This document shows positions 1 to 9,539 of a stretch of DNA of 19,356 bases, one piece after another. Each line of letters begins with the position of its first letter. The stretch's first letter is position 1. The notes under the pieces are model-generated. The model ran no database searches. It was not told where the DNA came from and saw only the letters and a list, made by a program, of their open reading frames with translations. This DNA is from Tolypothrix carrinoi HA7290-LM1 (GTDB lineage Bacteria; Cyanobacteriota; Cyanobacteriia; Cyanobacteriales; Nostocaceae). The DNA is taken from contig JAHHIK010000136.1 in NCBI GenBank assembly GCA_019358935.1, forward strand, positions 1-19,356. Direction: 5' to 3'. Made by a program: the position numbers and the translations under genes.

Positions 1-123
1 GCTGCTCACCAGTTATTTCAACCCGGATACTTGAGATACGTCCTTGCATGTCTGATTTTTATGCCACCCTACAAAAAATATCCTCCTCTATTTCCGACCC
101 TTTTTTGCGGTGACATGTACTTA
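1..123 (-). mobile_element. Probable left end and transposase N-terminus of an IS630-like element running off the window
   Basis: Minus strand begins TAAGTACATGTCACCGC at 123. ATG at 49 opens MQGRISSIRVEITGEQ..., resembling IS630-type HTH N-termini. It abuts the truncated IS630 at 121. Confidence 0.35.
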
Positions 124-717
124 GTTGAGGTTAGGCAACCCAAGCTCCTGAACCCGACCAACCAGAGCGTAGGAGGTGCGAGTATAAGCGTAAGGGCAGT
201 GTTAATTTGTTTGCGTATTTTCAACCATTAGCGCTCCTGGCGACATATTGAAGTTACAAACCAGCGCACGCTCGTTTGATTTTGCAAAACTTCGGAAGGA
301 TTTAGTAGATATTTATTGTCTGGAGGCTGACGTTATTCTATGGATAGTCGATAACCGCGCACATCCACAATCCAGCGGCGTTGTATGAGGTTTTTGAGCC
401 GCAAGAAGCACGTAGGATTGTTCAAAAATTAGAGCTTCACTACACCCCAAAACATGCCAGTTGGCGCTCACCAGGTGGAGATTGAATTGTCCGTTTTATA
501 GGAGTCAATGTTTAGAGAGACGAATTGGCGTTCGCGCAGCGTGTCCCGAAGGGACTCTCGCCAATTATTAAAGTCAGAAATCGCAGCCTGGGAGCAACAG
601 CGCAATTGTGAGCGAGCAAGTGTAAATTGGCGCTTTCAAACCACGGTTGCACGTAAAAAGATGGAGCGCTTATATCCGACTCTCTGACCCCGCAAAGTTT
701 GCTTGGTGGACTACTAG
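121..717 (+). pseudogene. IS630-family transposase C-terminal remnant (frameshifted) with right end
   Basis: Stitched frames read EYKRKGSVNLFAYFQPL, ALYEVFEPQEARRIVQKLELHYTPKHASW, VEIELSVL, SEIAAWEQQRN, VNWRFQTTVARKKMERLYPTL* (TGA ~685-687). Ends ...GGTGGACTACTAG. Confidence 0.85.
528..561 (+). repeat. Small hairpin insertion (SDR-like) in a HIP1-like site of the IS630 remnant
   Basis: GCG+TTCGCGCAGCGTGTCCCGAAGGGACT+CTCGC, with hairpin GTCCC-GAA-GGGAC. Removing the 26 nt restores the transposase frame (RRIG.RQLLKSE). Confidence 0.7.
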
Positions 718-1203
718 TACGGCTAGGGCGTGTTTTCAAACTAGAACCATAACAAAATGCAGGCGAGCGTAATCATAGCTGTATAATTTGCAGCAAGCTT
801 TTCATATCGGGTGGCGATGCGGTGAAATTGCTTTAGTCGATTAATGGCACGTTCAACAATATTACGTTGACGGTAGATTTCACGATTAAACGAACCACGC
901 CGTGGAACAGAGCGAGAGTCGTGGGATTGTTAGACGAATACCACTTTAAGGGCGCAGGTAATTACGACGGATGCGACGACCCGTGTAACCTTTGTCTCCA
1001 ACCAGTCTCAAAGGGCGAATACGCGGACGACCTCGACCAGAACGCTTAACTGTACCTTGTTCCATTAATTGTTCAAGGAAAATTGACTTCATAAGCTGAC
1101 CTGGACTGAGAAGAAAAGTCATCGGTTTACCTTTCCCCTCACAACGTATGTGTATTTTTGTACTGAACCCTTAGCAAGAGAACGACCTAGTTTCTCGTCT
1201 TCT

Positions 1204-1231
1204 TGTGCAAAGCACACGCTTGCGCGAACGC
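1204..1231 (-). repeat. Small hairpin repeat (SDR-like) in the IS5 remnant
   Basis: Minus strand GCGTTCGCGCAAGCG-TGTGC-TTT-GCACA; shares its first 11 nt with the 528 element. Confidence 0.55.
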
Positions 1232-1322
1232 CCCTTTTTTCCACCAGCCGCATGTTGGTGGGCGCGTATCACTGTTCCATCAACGCTCCGGAACCGTCAC
1301 TACGAGCTTTCCTTGTTCGTCA

Positions 1323-1351
1323 GCGTTAGCGAAGCTTACCGAAGGTATCGC
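1323..1351 (+). repeat. 21-nt insertion splitting a HIP1 site (SDR5-like)
   Basis: GCG|TTAGCGAAGCTTACCGAAGGT|ATCGC. Adds in-frame PSVSFAN to the transposase (LQAI-PSVSFAN-ADEQGKL). Confidence 0.8.
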
Positions 1352-1524
1352 TTGCAGATGCTCCAAGATTTGGTTCCAAACTCCAGCTTTTTGCCACCGA
1401 TAAAACCGTGTTGCTATACTTTCCCACGAACCATAATGTTCTGGTAGATCTCGCCACGATGCCCCAGTTCTTAGTATCCACAGAATGCCATTTATCACCG
1501 CGCGGTGGTCTTTATTTGGCTTAG

Positions 1525-2156
1525 GGAGAACCATAAAAATACTACTCAGGTAAGAAGAAAATGCATAATGAAGAAAAATCAATTTATTGTCTTACCTGGG
1601 GGTCGGGATATAGTCGATGTTTGTATTGGGCAGTTAGGCAAAATCAGCGATATTACATTATTCAGAAATAATCGAGATCAACTAGATATAAAATAAAGAT
1701 TTTTAGGAGATAAAGCATATATTGGAGAAGAACTGATTACCACACCTTATAAAAAGCCGAAAAAAGCAGAGCTTTCGGAGTTACAAAAACAGAATAATCA
1801 GGAACTATCATCTCGCAGAATAGGAGTTGAACATTTAATATGTAGGGTTAAAACTTTTCGAGTAGCTGGGGAAGCGATTTCGGCTAGCTCGACATCGTTA
1901 TAGCCAGGTAATAATGGCAGTATGCGGATTAGTTAGGTTACATCTACATTCTTCATTTATACTAAACCATAATATTTGATTTGTATGCGAGCGCATTTAA
2001 TATTTCACAAAGCTATGTTTCTCAAAACTTTTAATATTTTCGATATTTTTACCATCAAAACCTTATTTTTACGTTCAGTTAGAAAGATCATTTTATCGCA
2101 GTTGTAACTCCTGTAAAGCTCTCAATGTAAGCTTTTTATCTTTTGTGGACAAGTCT
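1525..2156 (+). pseudogene. IS5-family ISL2-like (DDE_Tnp_4) transposase remnant with right end
   Basis: YYSGKKKMH, KNQFIVLPGGRDIVDV, FLGDKAYIG, RRIGVEHLICRVKTFR, VIMAVCGLVRL; internal stop at 1694-1696. End TTTTGTGGACAAGTCT followed by ATT. Homologous to 6150-6725. Confidence 0.85.
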
Positions 2157-2604
2157 ATTGGTCGTCCATAGTCTTCGGGTAGCGAACATGCAAGCGCGAA
2201 CAACTCAATTACTTGCTCCATACTAAATTTTGCAGGTGCGCCACCCCGTTCTGCATCGCTCAATTTTTTCATCACTGGGAAAAAGGCGATCGCCTTTTTC
2301 TAACCATCGGTTTCGCCACGTCCTTTGCATATCTCTACTAATATTCAACGTTCGAGCAATGTCATGGTTATTTTTGCCCTCCCAAGCAAGTAGAATAATT
2401 TTTGCTCGTAGTCCGATTTGCTGTGGTGTACTGTGCCTCCTGAGTAAATGTTGCAGTTCGTCCTGTTCACCACAGAGCAATTCTAATGATTTTGGAGCTA
2501 ACCTTGCCACACCCTGATTCCTTAAAAACTACCTATAAAAGTTTTGACCCTTCTTACTTAGTCTCTCACAAAAATGGTCGGTTTATTTCCGCCACCCTGT
2601 ACTA
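2157..2604 (-). pseudogene. IS630-family transposase N-terminal (HTH) remnant with left end
   Basis: MARLAPKSLEL...LRAKIILLAWEGKNNHDIARTLNISRDM..TWRNRW, frameshift, LSDAERGGAPAKFSMEQV..ALACSLPEDYGRPI. Truncated at the ISL2-like end. End TAGTACAGGGTGGCGG at 2604. Confidence 0.85.
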
Positions 2605-2850
2605 GTGAACAAAATCCTTAACAGTAACAAGTAGAACCGAAATAATGCAAACTTGCTCCGAAAAATAGACCATTGCGGTTCTAATTTGCACCTCCTAAAA
2701 TTACATAATCAATACTTAAAAAAGCGTGGTCATTCGCCGCTTGTAGTCATAGGCGGAGATGCCGGGATTAAGTATCAAGCTATGGATGTGCTGATTGCAG
2801 GTGACTTAGTCCCGTTTGCGAAAGTGGTTTCTGATGAAAAATCTCCAAGA

Positions 2851-3791
2851 TACAGCAAATTGCAGGTTTATGAGGTACAGTAACAGCAGTGTGTAAACCA
2901 GTTTTTTAAATGTTTGGAATTCACCTTTCTTGTGTGCAGTTGTGATGAGAATATCAACCAATGAGTGTCGTAGTTGGAGAGAATTGACGTAAAAAAGCTT
3001 TCAGTTGTGACCACCAATGTTCGATCGGATTAAAATCAGGAGAATATGGTGACAAGTTTTGAACACGAACACCGAATGATTGAATTAGAGGTTCTATTGC
3101 AGCGAGCTTGTGGGCTGGGACATTATCCATAACAACCACAGCACCCGGCCATAACTCAGGAAGTAAATATTTTAAGGGTAAAAACTTCATTCCTCGTTTC
3201 CACCCATCGATCCATTCAAAGTCATTACCGCTAAAACTCGGTCTAGGCTAATGGCTCCAAAAACCCGTGACTTTCGCCCCTCTATAAAACGGTTTTAGGT
3301 CATATACTCTTTGTCCATAAGGACTTCGGGCTAGGGAGCGTATTAATCCCAATAAAACACCCATTTCATCCAAAAATACAAGATTTTTTGGGTCTATGTC
3401 TTTAACTTGCTCCCAGTACTCAATTCTTCGGTTTTGAACACTAGCGGTCGGCGCTTGACTGCTGCATAATGTCTTTTTTTAGTGTCAGATGCTCTCGTTG
3501 CAATACACGACACATAGTACTGGTACTTACCCATTTATCGTAGGCGTTTCCCCAATATTCACAGTATTCAGATAAAGTTGCGTCTGGGTATTTTTCTACC
3601 ATCTGATTGAGTTCAATTTCATACCCAGCCAAATCGCTTTTCCTCGCTCCACCTTGTTTTCCAGGTGTCACATGACCTTGAGTTTTCTTCTAAAGGTCGC
3701 GAAGGCATCAAAAAGTTTTTTCACGAATACATGAGCGTGATTGGTACTATTGATGTCAAATCTATCGACTTTACTTAATTTGAAAATGCTA
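2851..3791 (-). pseudogene. IS630-family two-ORF transposase, decayed
   Basis: PDATLSEYCE..VSTSTMCRVL..LTLKK with an A7 slippery run (T7 at 3474-3480 on +), LVFLDEMG, VVVMDN..AHK, LSPYSPDFNPIEHWWSQLK, KNWFTHCCYCTS* (stop 2868-2870). Extra frameshifts and a damaged 5' end. Confidence 0.88.
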
Positions 3792-4151
3792 TTTTTTACC
3801 AAACCACCTTCAATTGCAATCTTGGTCTAGCGACAGCTGGGGTTGCTTGGACTATGCAGGATGGCAAAATTGCTAATCACTTTGGTTTTTGGGTTTAGTG
3901 CAATCCTGTACTTCATCAACGGTTTGGCATTCTTTAGACACTTGCAAGATAAAACGTGCTGGAGTGGCAGAGCAATAATGCCCAAAGAAAGGTTCGTCCG
4001 CTCCTGGTTCCTAACTTGACAAACGTAATACTGTTGCAAACAATCAGCAATACCCTACCCTCATAGTTAGAACTGCCTTAACCTGAGCAATCGGTTCTGA
4101 TGCTTTGCTCCAAATTGTATTCATCCATCAAGACTTTAGCAGAGCTGTAAC

Positions 4152-5555
4152 ATGACAAACATCGTAGATGCTTTACGCCAGATGCCGCTGTTTGCGAATT
4201 TAACCGATGAGCAATTGCACTGGGTAGCTGCACAGGGCATCCAGTTGTGGCTGCGGCAGGGCGACACATTTGTCAAGCAAGGAGAACCTGCCGAGCAATT
4301 CTACATCCTTCTGGCAGGTGAACTTGAATTTACGACCAAAGAGTTCGGCGACCAAGAGGTGCATGTCATTAACTTGGATCCTGGGTCATTTTTCGGTCCA
4401 GAACTGTTTCTATTAGACATTCCGGTGTTTCTAGGCACCGGACGTGCTGTCCGCGACAGTCATCTGTTCCGGTTGGAAGAGACGGCTTCTTGGCACATGC
4501 TGGCGACGTTCCCTTCGATCACCCGTGAGGTGCTGCGCGCTGCGGCGCGACTGTGGCAGAACTATGAGGAAGTCCTCCTACATCACGGCAAGCTGAATGC
4601 ACTCGGTACTTTATCCGCAGGTCTCGCCCATGAGATGAATAACCCAGCCGCTGCGGTCAGTCGGGGCGCAGAGCACCTGGAAAAAATCTTTCAAGCGTTG
4701 CCATCCTTGGCACTTAAACTGCATCAGCAGCACCTGACCCAAGATCAACTGACCTTTCTCGCTGACTTACCGCGCAACGCGACAGCACAGGCGAAAACGG
4801 CCTCTTATCTCGATCCACTGACGCAGAGCGACCGGGAGGATGAGGTCACAGACTGGTTAGAGTCCCATGGCGTCTCCGAGGGGTGGCAACTAGCTTCTAC
4901 CCTATTCGGGGCAGGACTAGACACCCAGTGGCTCGACACTGTTGTGGAGCAGATGCCGCTCAGATCCCTTAGCGACGTAGTGGCTTGGCTAGAGGCGACG
5001 CTAACCGGAGTTGGGCTATTGTCTGAGATTAAACAGGGGGCTGCACGTATCTCCAATTTAGTCAACGCTGTTAAGGAGTACTCATACATGGATCGAGCTC
5101 CGCTCCTAGAGGTCGATGTCCATGAGGGACTAGAGAGTACGCTAACAATCTTAGAGCACAAGCTCAAGCCCAGGGTGGTTGTGATCCGTGAGTATGACAC
5201 TCGCCTGCCGCGCATCTACGCTTATGGCAGTCAACTCAACCAGGTCTGGACGAATCTGATTGACAATGCGATTGATGCGATGGATGAACAGGGACGGCTC
5301 CGGGTGCGCACGGTACGAGAGGAGGAGCGCATTGTGGTGGAAATCGCCGACAACGGTTCCGGCATTCCTTCAGAGATTCAAGCTCGAATTCTTGAGCCGT
5401 TCTTCACCACCAAAGATATTGGGAAAGGAACTGGGTTAGGGTTAGATATCGTTCGCCGCATCGTTGTCGGTCAGCACAAGGGGAGTATCCGCGTCTTTTC
5501 CCAGCCAGGGGACACTCGCTTTCTGGTGTGTATCCCCATCAATCTTTCCCATTAA
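4152..5555 (+). CDS. Soluble sensor histidine kinase: cNMP-binding-like domain, HisKA with helical insert, HATPase
   Basis: LRQMPLFANL..GEPAEQFYILLAG (Crp-type cNMP fold); H-box LAHEMNNP; N-box [35 protein letters not shown]. No obvious transmembrane segment. Confidence 0.93.
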   Translation: MTNIVDALRQMPLFANLTDEQLHWVAAQGIQLWLRQGDTFVKQGEPAEQFYILLAGELEFTTKEFGDQEVHVINLDPGSFFGPELFLLDIPVFLGTGRAVRDSHLFRLEETASWHMLATFPSITREVLRAAARLWQNYEEVLLHHGKLNALGTLSAGLAHEMNNPAAAVSRGAEHLEKIFQALPSLALKLHQQHLTQDQLTFLADLPRNATAQAKTASYLDPLTQSDREDEVTDWLESHGVSEGWQLASTLFGAGLDTQWLDTVVEQMPLRSLSDVVAWLEATLTGVGLLSEIKQGAARISNLVNAVKEYSYMDRAPLLEVDVHEGLESTLTILEHKLKPRVVVIREYDTRLPRIYAYGSQLNQVWTNLIDNAIDAMDEQGRLRVRTVREEERIVVEIADNGSGIPSEIQARILEPFFTTKDIGKGTGLGLDIVRRIVVGQHKGSIRVFSQPGDTRFLVCIPINLSH

Positions 5556-5753
5556 GTACAGGACAAAAGCTTGCAAATGCGGTAGGAGAGGGGGGTTAAT
5601 GAGATTTAACTTTCTCCTGAGAACCCGTTGGGTGCATCCAGAACATCAGTTTAGTAATTACCATCATGGGTAAGGGTGAAAACGCCCCGTTAACTATTAC
5701 TGAACCGACGCTCTAGATGCCAGATTGAGATTTCAGTTTTGACACTTCCCATT

Positions 5754-6887
5754 GGACCTGTTCGGAATATTATCTGGGTGTCAAAAAAATGGTATAACGG
5801 AATTTTCACCGTCTACCAAAAATGAAAAATCCACTTCATTATATTCAACAATATCCGCACCGCGCAAAACAAATGCTCGGAATAAGCAACAACCAGTTTC
5901 GAGACTTGTTAGCCCAAGCCGAGATGCATCATAAACAAATTCAAGCTGAGATAGAAGGTAATAAGGTGCGTATAAATCAGACTCGTAGGAGGGCGTAAAC
6001 CGAAACTAGAGATAAAAGAAGAGGTATGTTTATGTTTATTTTACTTAAGACAAATGCCAACATTTGAGGTTTTAGGGTTACACTTTGGAATATCAAAAAC
6101 TGAGGCTAATGATACGTTTCATTACTGGCTAGGGATATTACGGTAGATATTGCCTGCTAGCCTGATCGAGCAAGTTGAAAAACATGACAGTGACTACGCG
6201 ATCACTTTAGAACTATTGAAAGAATTTAAATTAATAGTGGACAGCATGGAACAACGACGGGAAGGCCCTTCCGACAATCAGGAACAGAAAGAGTATTTCT
6301 CAGTAAAGAAGAAACAACACACATTTAAAAACCAATTTATTACCCTACAAGAAGGAAAAGATATTGTCGATGTAGAGGTGGGAGAAAAGGGATCGACCAG
6401 TGACATTAGCTTGTTTCGAGAGCAACAAAAAAAGTTTGAAACCGACCAAATATTTGAAGGTGATAAGGCATATAAAGGAGGAGAGAATATTACGACCCCC
6501 CAGAAGAAACCACCCAAAGGAGAATTAACTACAAAGCAAAAAGCAGAAAACAAACAATTTTCGAGTAAACGCATCTTTGTTGAACACGTAATTAGACTCG
6601 TCAAAATTTTCCAGATTGCACGAGAAAGGTTTCCACTTAATTCTCGCTCCTTAGAGCAGGTAATTTTTACCATTTGTGGATTGGTTCGGCTCAGAATTGG
6701 TGCGCTAACTTTGCCATTTTCATAAAATTTGTAAACATGAGGTAGGTTATGAATTAGCTATCAACCTTTTTACAGATAGTTGCTATCAGTAACTATCCCA
6801 AACTATTATTCTTACATTGGATCTGGTTAACAGTCAACGCTGTCCAAAACCAGGCTCAGAGCGTGTTGCAAATTTTCGGACGAGTCT
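5754..6887 (+). mobile_element. ISL2-like IS5-family element, full length, transposase pseudogene (~5822-6725)
   Basis: MKNPLHYIQQYPHRAKQMLG.., GGRKPKL..CLFYLRQMPTFEVLGLHFGISKTEAND, in-frame stop, IVDSMEQ, GDKAYKG, RIFVEHVIRLVKIF. Imperfect IRs GGACCTGTTCGGAA / TTTTCGGACGAGTCT flanked by ATT at 5751-5753 and 6888-6890. Confidence 0.88.
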
Positions 6888-6998
6888 ATTCATGTCTCAC
6901 TTTTTTCGACCTTTGATTTGTGGTTCTTCAGTTTATGTTTATTTACTTTCAGTTGAAATGCGATTAGTGCTTTACTCAAAAGCACTATCTTCCCATTC

Positions 6999-7226
6999 TT
7001 ACTCAAAAATGGTTAATTCTTTTGGCTGGCACTGCTTAATTTGGAGACGAATTTCTTGACATCTCTCCTGTTCTAGATCCTCAACGTAGCCAGGTAGAAA
7101 CCGTTCAGCTTCGTGTGAACTAAAAAAAGGTCCAAAGTAGTAGGTACAGCAAGGCTGATTAGTGATTATTTCCACCCACCAGGCAAATTCTAACTGCTCC
7201 TCTTTAAAGGTTTCTGTCAACTTCAT
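6999..7226 (-). CDS. DUF1816-family small cyanobacterial protein
   Basis: Signature WWVEIIT..PCCTYYFGPF.S..EA....PGYVEDLEQE..IKQCQPKELT. Confidence 0.88.
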   Translation of the reverse strand: MKLTETFKEEQLEFAWWVEIITNQPCCTYYFGPFFSSHEAERFLPGYVEDLEQERCQEIRLQIKQCQPKELTIFE

Positions 7227-7500
7227 ATGGTGTTTTCGCGAGTTAAAAGTATGACTATATGACGTAAGTAGATTGGTCTAAATAAACATCAAATGTCAGT
7301 AAATCGCAAAGTTTTCCCAATGGGTGATCGCTAACTTAACTCTACGTACAATTAAGTTGCAAAAACTACTATTAATATAAGTTTTAGTTATATTTGCAAG
7401 AAGGGTTTCAAAAAAATGAAATTATAAAGGATGTAAGCCCTACCAAAGAATTGCTTGGCGATCGCTCTCTTTGAGAAAAACTTTTCGATTTACTGAATGT

Positions 7501-7562
7501 GGAATCAGGGAATGGGCAATGGGTCTTTTCCCATTGCCTATTACCTCTTGCCTATTGCCTTG
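7501..7562. repeat. Inverted pair of STRR-like heptamer tracts forming a hairpin
   Basis: GGGAATG GGCAATG GG - TCTTTT - CCCATTG CCTATTA CCTCTTG CCTATTG CC. 13-bp stem 7511-7523/7530-7542 with one G-T pair. Confidence 0.7.
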
Positions 7563-7864
7563 TATCGGGAGTGCAGTTTTTTTGTGCCTACCCACTTAGG
7601 GACTTTTTCTTAAGCTGGTCGTTGACTGTCTCAATAAGAGATCGCAATCTATCGCAAAATTTTGTCCATCAGTGGCGGCAAGCGGTTTGGTTCCCCTCAG
7701 CTTTACCCAGAGTAGTGTCAACTCCTTAGTCACCCGTAGTTTTTCCTGACTGCAACTTCCAATAGGGATTAGGTGTTGGACTGGCGAAACCTTCATTTGT
7801 ACCCATGAGGATACTCGTTATTTTTGCAACAGAGCCTAACGCGGTGCAGATTCCGTCATGACGA

Positions 7865-8122
7865 TTAGATGTAGGTCTTGTCAATATAGCACCAGCCCCA
7901 ATCCTCACCCACCTCGAAGGACTTTATAATCGGATGACCGGTGGCGTGGAAGTGCTTGATGGCATGCTTATTCTTCGAGGAGTCGCAGCAGCCGACGTGC
8001 CCACAAGTTTGGCAGATGCGCAGATGCACCCAGGTATCCCCAAGTGCCAGACATTCTTCACAACCATACGCGCTGGGTGTAACCTTGTGGTTTAGATTGA
8101 GATGTGTACAAATTGGATTCAT
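7865..8122 (-). CDS. Stand-alone UBP-type zinc finger protein
   Basis: CTHL..GCEECL..WVHLRICQTCGHVGCCDSSKNKHA.KHFHATGHP..W.WCY.D. Start overlaps the kinase stop (ATGA, 8119-8122). Confidence 0.9.
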   Translation of the reverse strand: MNPICTHLNLNHKVTPSAYGCEECLALGDTWVHLRICQTCGHVGCCDSSKNKHAIKHFHATGHPIIKSFEVGEDWGWCYIDKTYI

Positions 8123-9537
8123 AGAATCTTCCTTTTTATAGGTTGTTTGGATAAATTGATGGGCAACCGCACCTGAAAGCGGGTGACACCCGGCTTGGAA
8201 AAGAAGCTGATGTCGCCGTGGTGTATCCCGACCACAACGCGGTAGCAGATGTCTAGACCTAACCCGGTTCCCACCCCCACACCCTTGGTGGTGAAGAACG
8301 GCTCAAATATACGGGGCTGGATATCTGGCGGGATGCCCGGCCCATTGTCGATGATCTCCACCAGCAAGCAATTATTTTCCCGTAAAGTGCGTATCCAAAT
8401 CTGACCCCGTCCACCCATCGCATCAATGGCATTGTCGATCAGGTTAGTCCACACTTGGTTGAGTTCGCTCCCATACGCTCTGATGCGCGGCAGGCTCCAT
8501 TCATACTCGCGCGTCATGACCACCCCCCGCTTGAGCTTATGATTCAGGATGGTCAGCGTACTTTCGATCCCCTCATGCACGTCCACCTCCTGTAGCGGGA
8601 CTTGATCCATGTACGAGTAGTCCTTAACAGCGTTGACCAGAGCGGAAATGCGCTTCGTGCTCTGCTCGATCTCGGACAACAGCCCATCCCCTGTCAGTGT
8701 CGTCTTCAGCCAGTTTAGTACGTCGCCCAGCGAGTCGGCGGGCACTTTCTCCACAACGGCGTCCAGCCACTCAGTGTCCAGCCCTGCCTCTACGAAGGTT
8801 GCGGCGAGTTTCCACCCATGAGCCACGCCGTGCGCGTCCAGCCAAGCTGTGACCTCATCCTCCTGGTCGCTCCGTGTCAGTGGATCAAGTTGTAACGGTG
8901 TTGTGGCGTGCTCTGTCGCGTCGCGCTGCAAGTCTGCAACAAACGCCAGTTGCGTTTTCGTCATCTGCTGCTGATTGAGCTTGAGTACGAGGGATGACAA
9001 CCCTTGAAAGGTTTCTTGTAATTGCCCCGTGGCCCGGCGGGCAGCTGCGGCCGGGTTATTCATCTCGTGGGCGAGGCCAGCGGCTAAGGTGCCGAGTGCA
9101 ATCAGCTTTTCGTGCTTTTGTGACACTGACTCCAGCATTTGTACCCGCTGCGCCATGATGGTCAGAAGCTTGCGGGTAATTGAAGGATAGGTTGTGAGCA
9201 TTTGCCAGAAAACACCCGCTTCCCACTCCAACAGATGGATGGAGTTCAAGGCACGGCAACTGGCAAGGTAAGGCGTATTTAATAAGATAAGCTCAGCAGC
9301 TAAAAACGTTCCTGGTTCAAAGGTGATCACATGCCTCTGCCCATCGCCGACTTTTTTCGTGAGCTGAAGCTTACCTTCTAGCAGCACGTAGAAGTTGTCA
9401 GCCGGATCTCCCTCAGTGTAGAGGAAGTCCCACCGATCCAGCCATACCTCGCTGCCGTGTTCGGACAACCAGTGCAGTTGCTCAGCTGTCAATTCTGCGA
9501 AGAGGGGCACCTGGCGTAAAGCGTCGAGGTCGATCAT
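8119..9537 (-). CDS. Soluble sensor histidine kinase: cNMP-binding-like domain, HisKA with helical insert, HATPase
   Basis: [68 protein letters not shown]. Starts 2 nt after the upstream stop. Confidence 0.93.
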   Translation of the reverse strand: MIDLDALRQVPLFAELTAEQLHWLSEHGSEVWLDRWDFLYTEGDPADNFYVLLEGKLQLTKKVGDGQRHVITFEPGTFLAAELILLNTPYLASCRALNSIHLLEWEAGVFWQMLTTYPSITRKLLTIMAQRVQMLESVSQKHEKLIALGTLAAGLAHEMNNPAAAARRATGQLQETFQGLSSLVLKLNQQQMTKTQLAFVADLQRDATEHATTPLQLDPLTRSDQEDEVTAWLDAHGVAHGWKLAATFVEAGLDTEWLDAVVEKVPADSLGDVLNWLKTTLTGDGLLSEIEQSTKRISALVNAVKDYSYMDQVPLQEVDVHEGIESTLTILNHKLKRGVVMTREYEWSLPRIRAYGSELNQVWTNLIDNAIDAMGGRGQIWIRTLRENNCLLVEIIDNGPGIPPDIQPRIFEPFFTTKGVGVGTGLGLDICYRVVVGIHHGDISFFSKPGVTRFQVRLPINLSKQPIKRKIL

Positions 9538-9539
9538 GT

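Larger units (their letters stand above)
724..1524 (-). pseudogene. IS5-family (IS427-like) transposase remnant, 5'-truncated
   Basis: DHRAVINGILWILRTGASWRDLPEHYGSWESIATRFYRW, AHQHAAGGKKG, LVGDKGY, RNIVERAINRLKQFHRIATRYEKLA; stop at 741-743. End motif TAGGGCGTGTTTTCAAA at 724. Confidence 0.85.

Noticed and set aside
1285..1307. GCTC...GAGC-bounded segment in the IS5 remnant that might be a micro-inversion
   Set aside because: Only 4-bp repeats, and re-inversion does not cleanly restore the frame.
2653..2883. 76-aa ORF with faint resemblance to a tyrosyl-tRNA synthetase or Fic fragment (GHSPLVVIGG)
   Set aside because: No complete HIGH or Fic motif, TTG start, and the 3' end lies in the IS630 terminus; cannot be supported without a search.
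5584..5618. Imperfect inverted repeat downstream of the + strand kinase
   Set aside because: Bulged stem and no U-tract; too weak to call a terminator.
7501..7562. Heptamer repeats considered as a possible CRISPR array
   Set aside because: No repeat-spacer periodicity and no cas genes; typical short tandem repeats.
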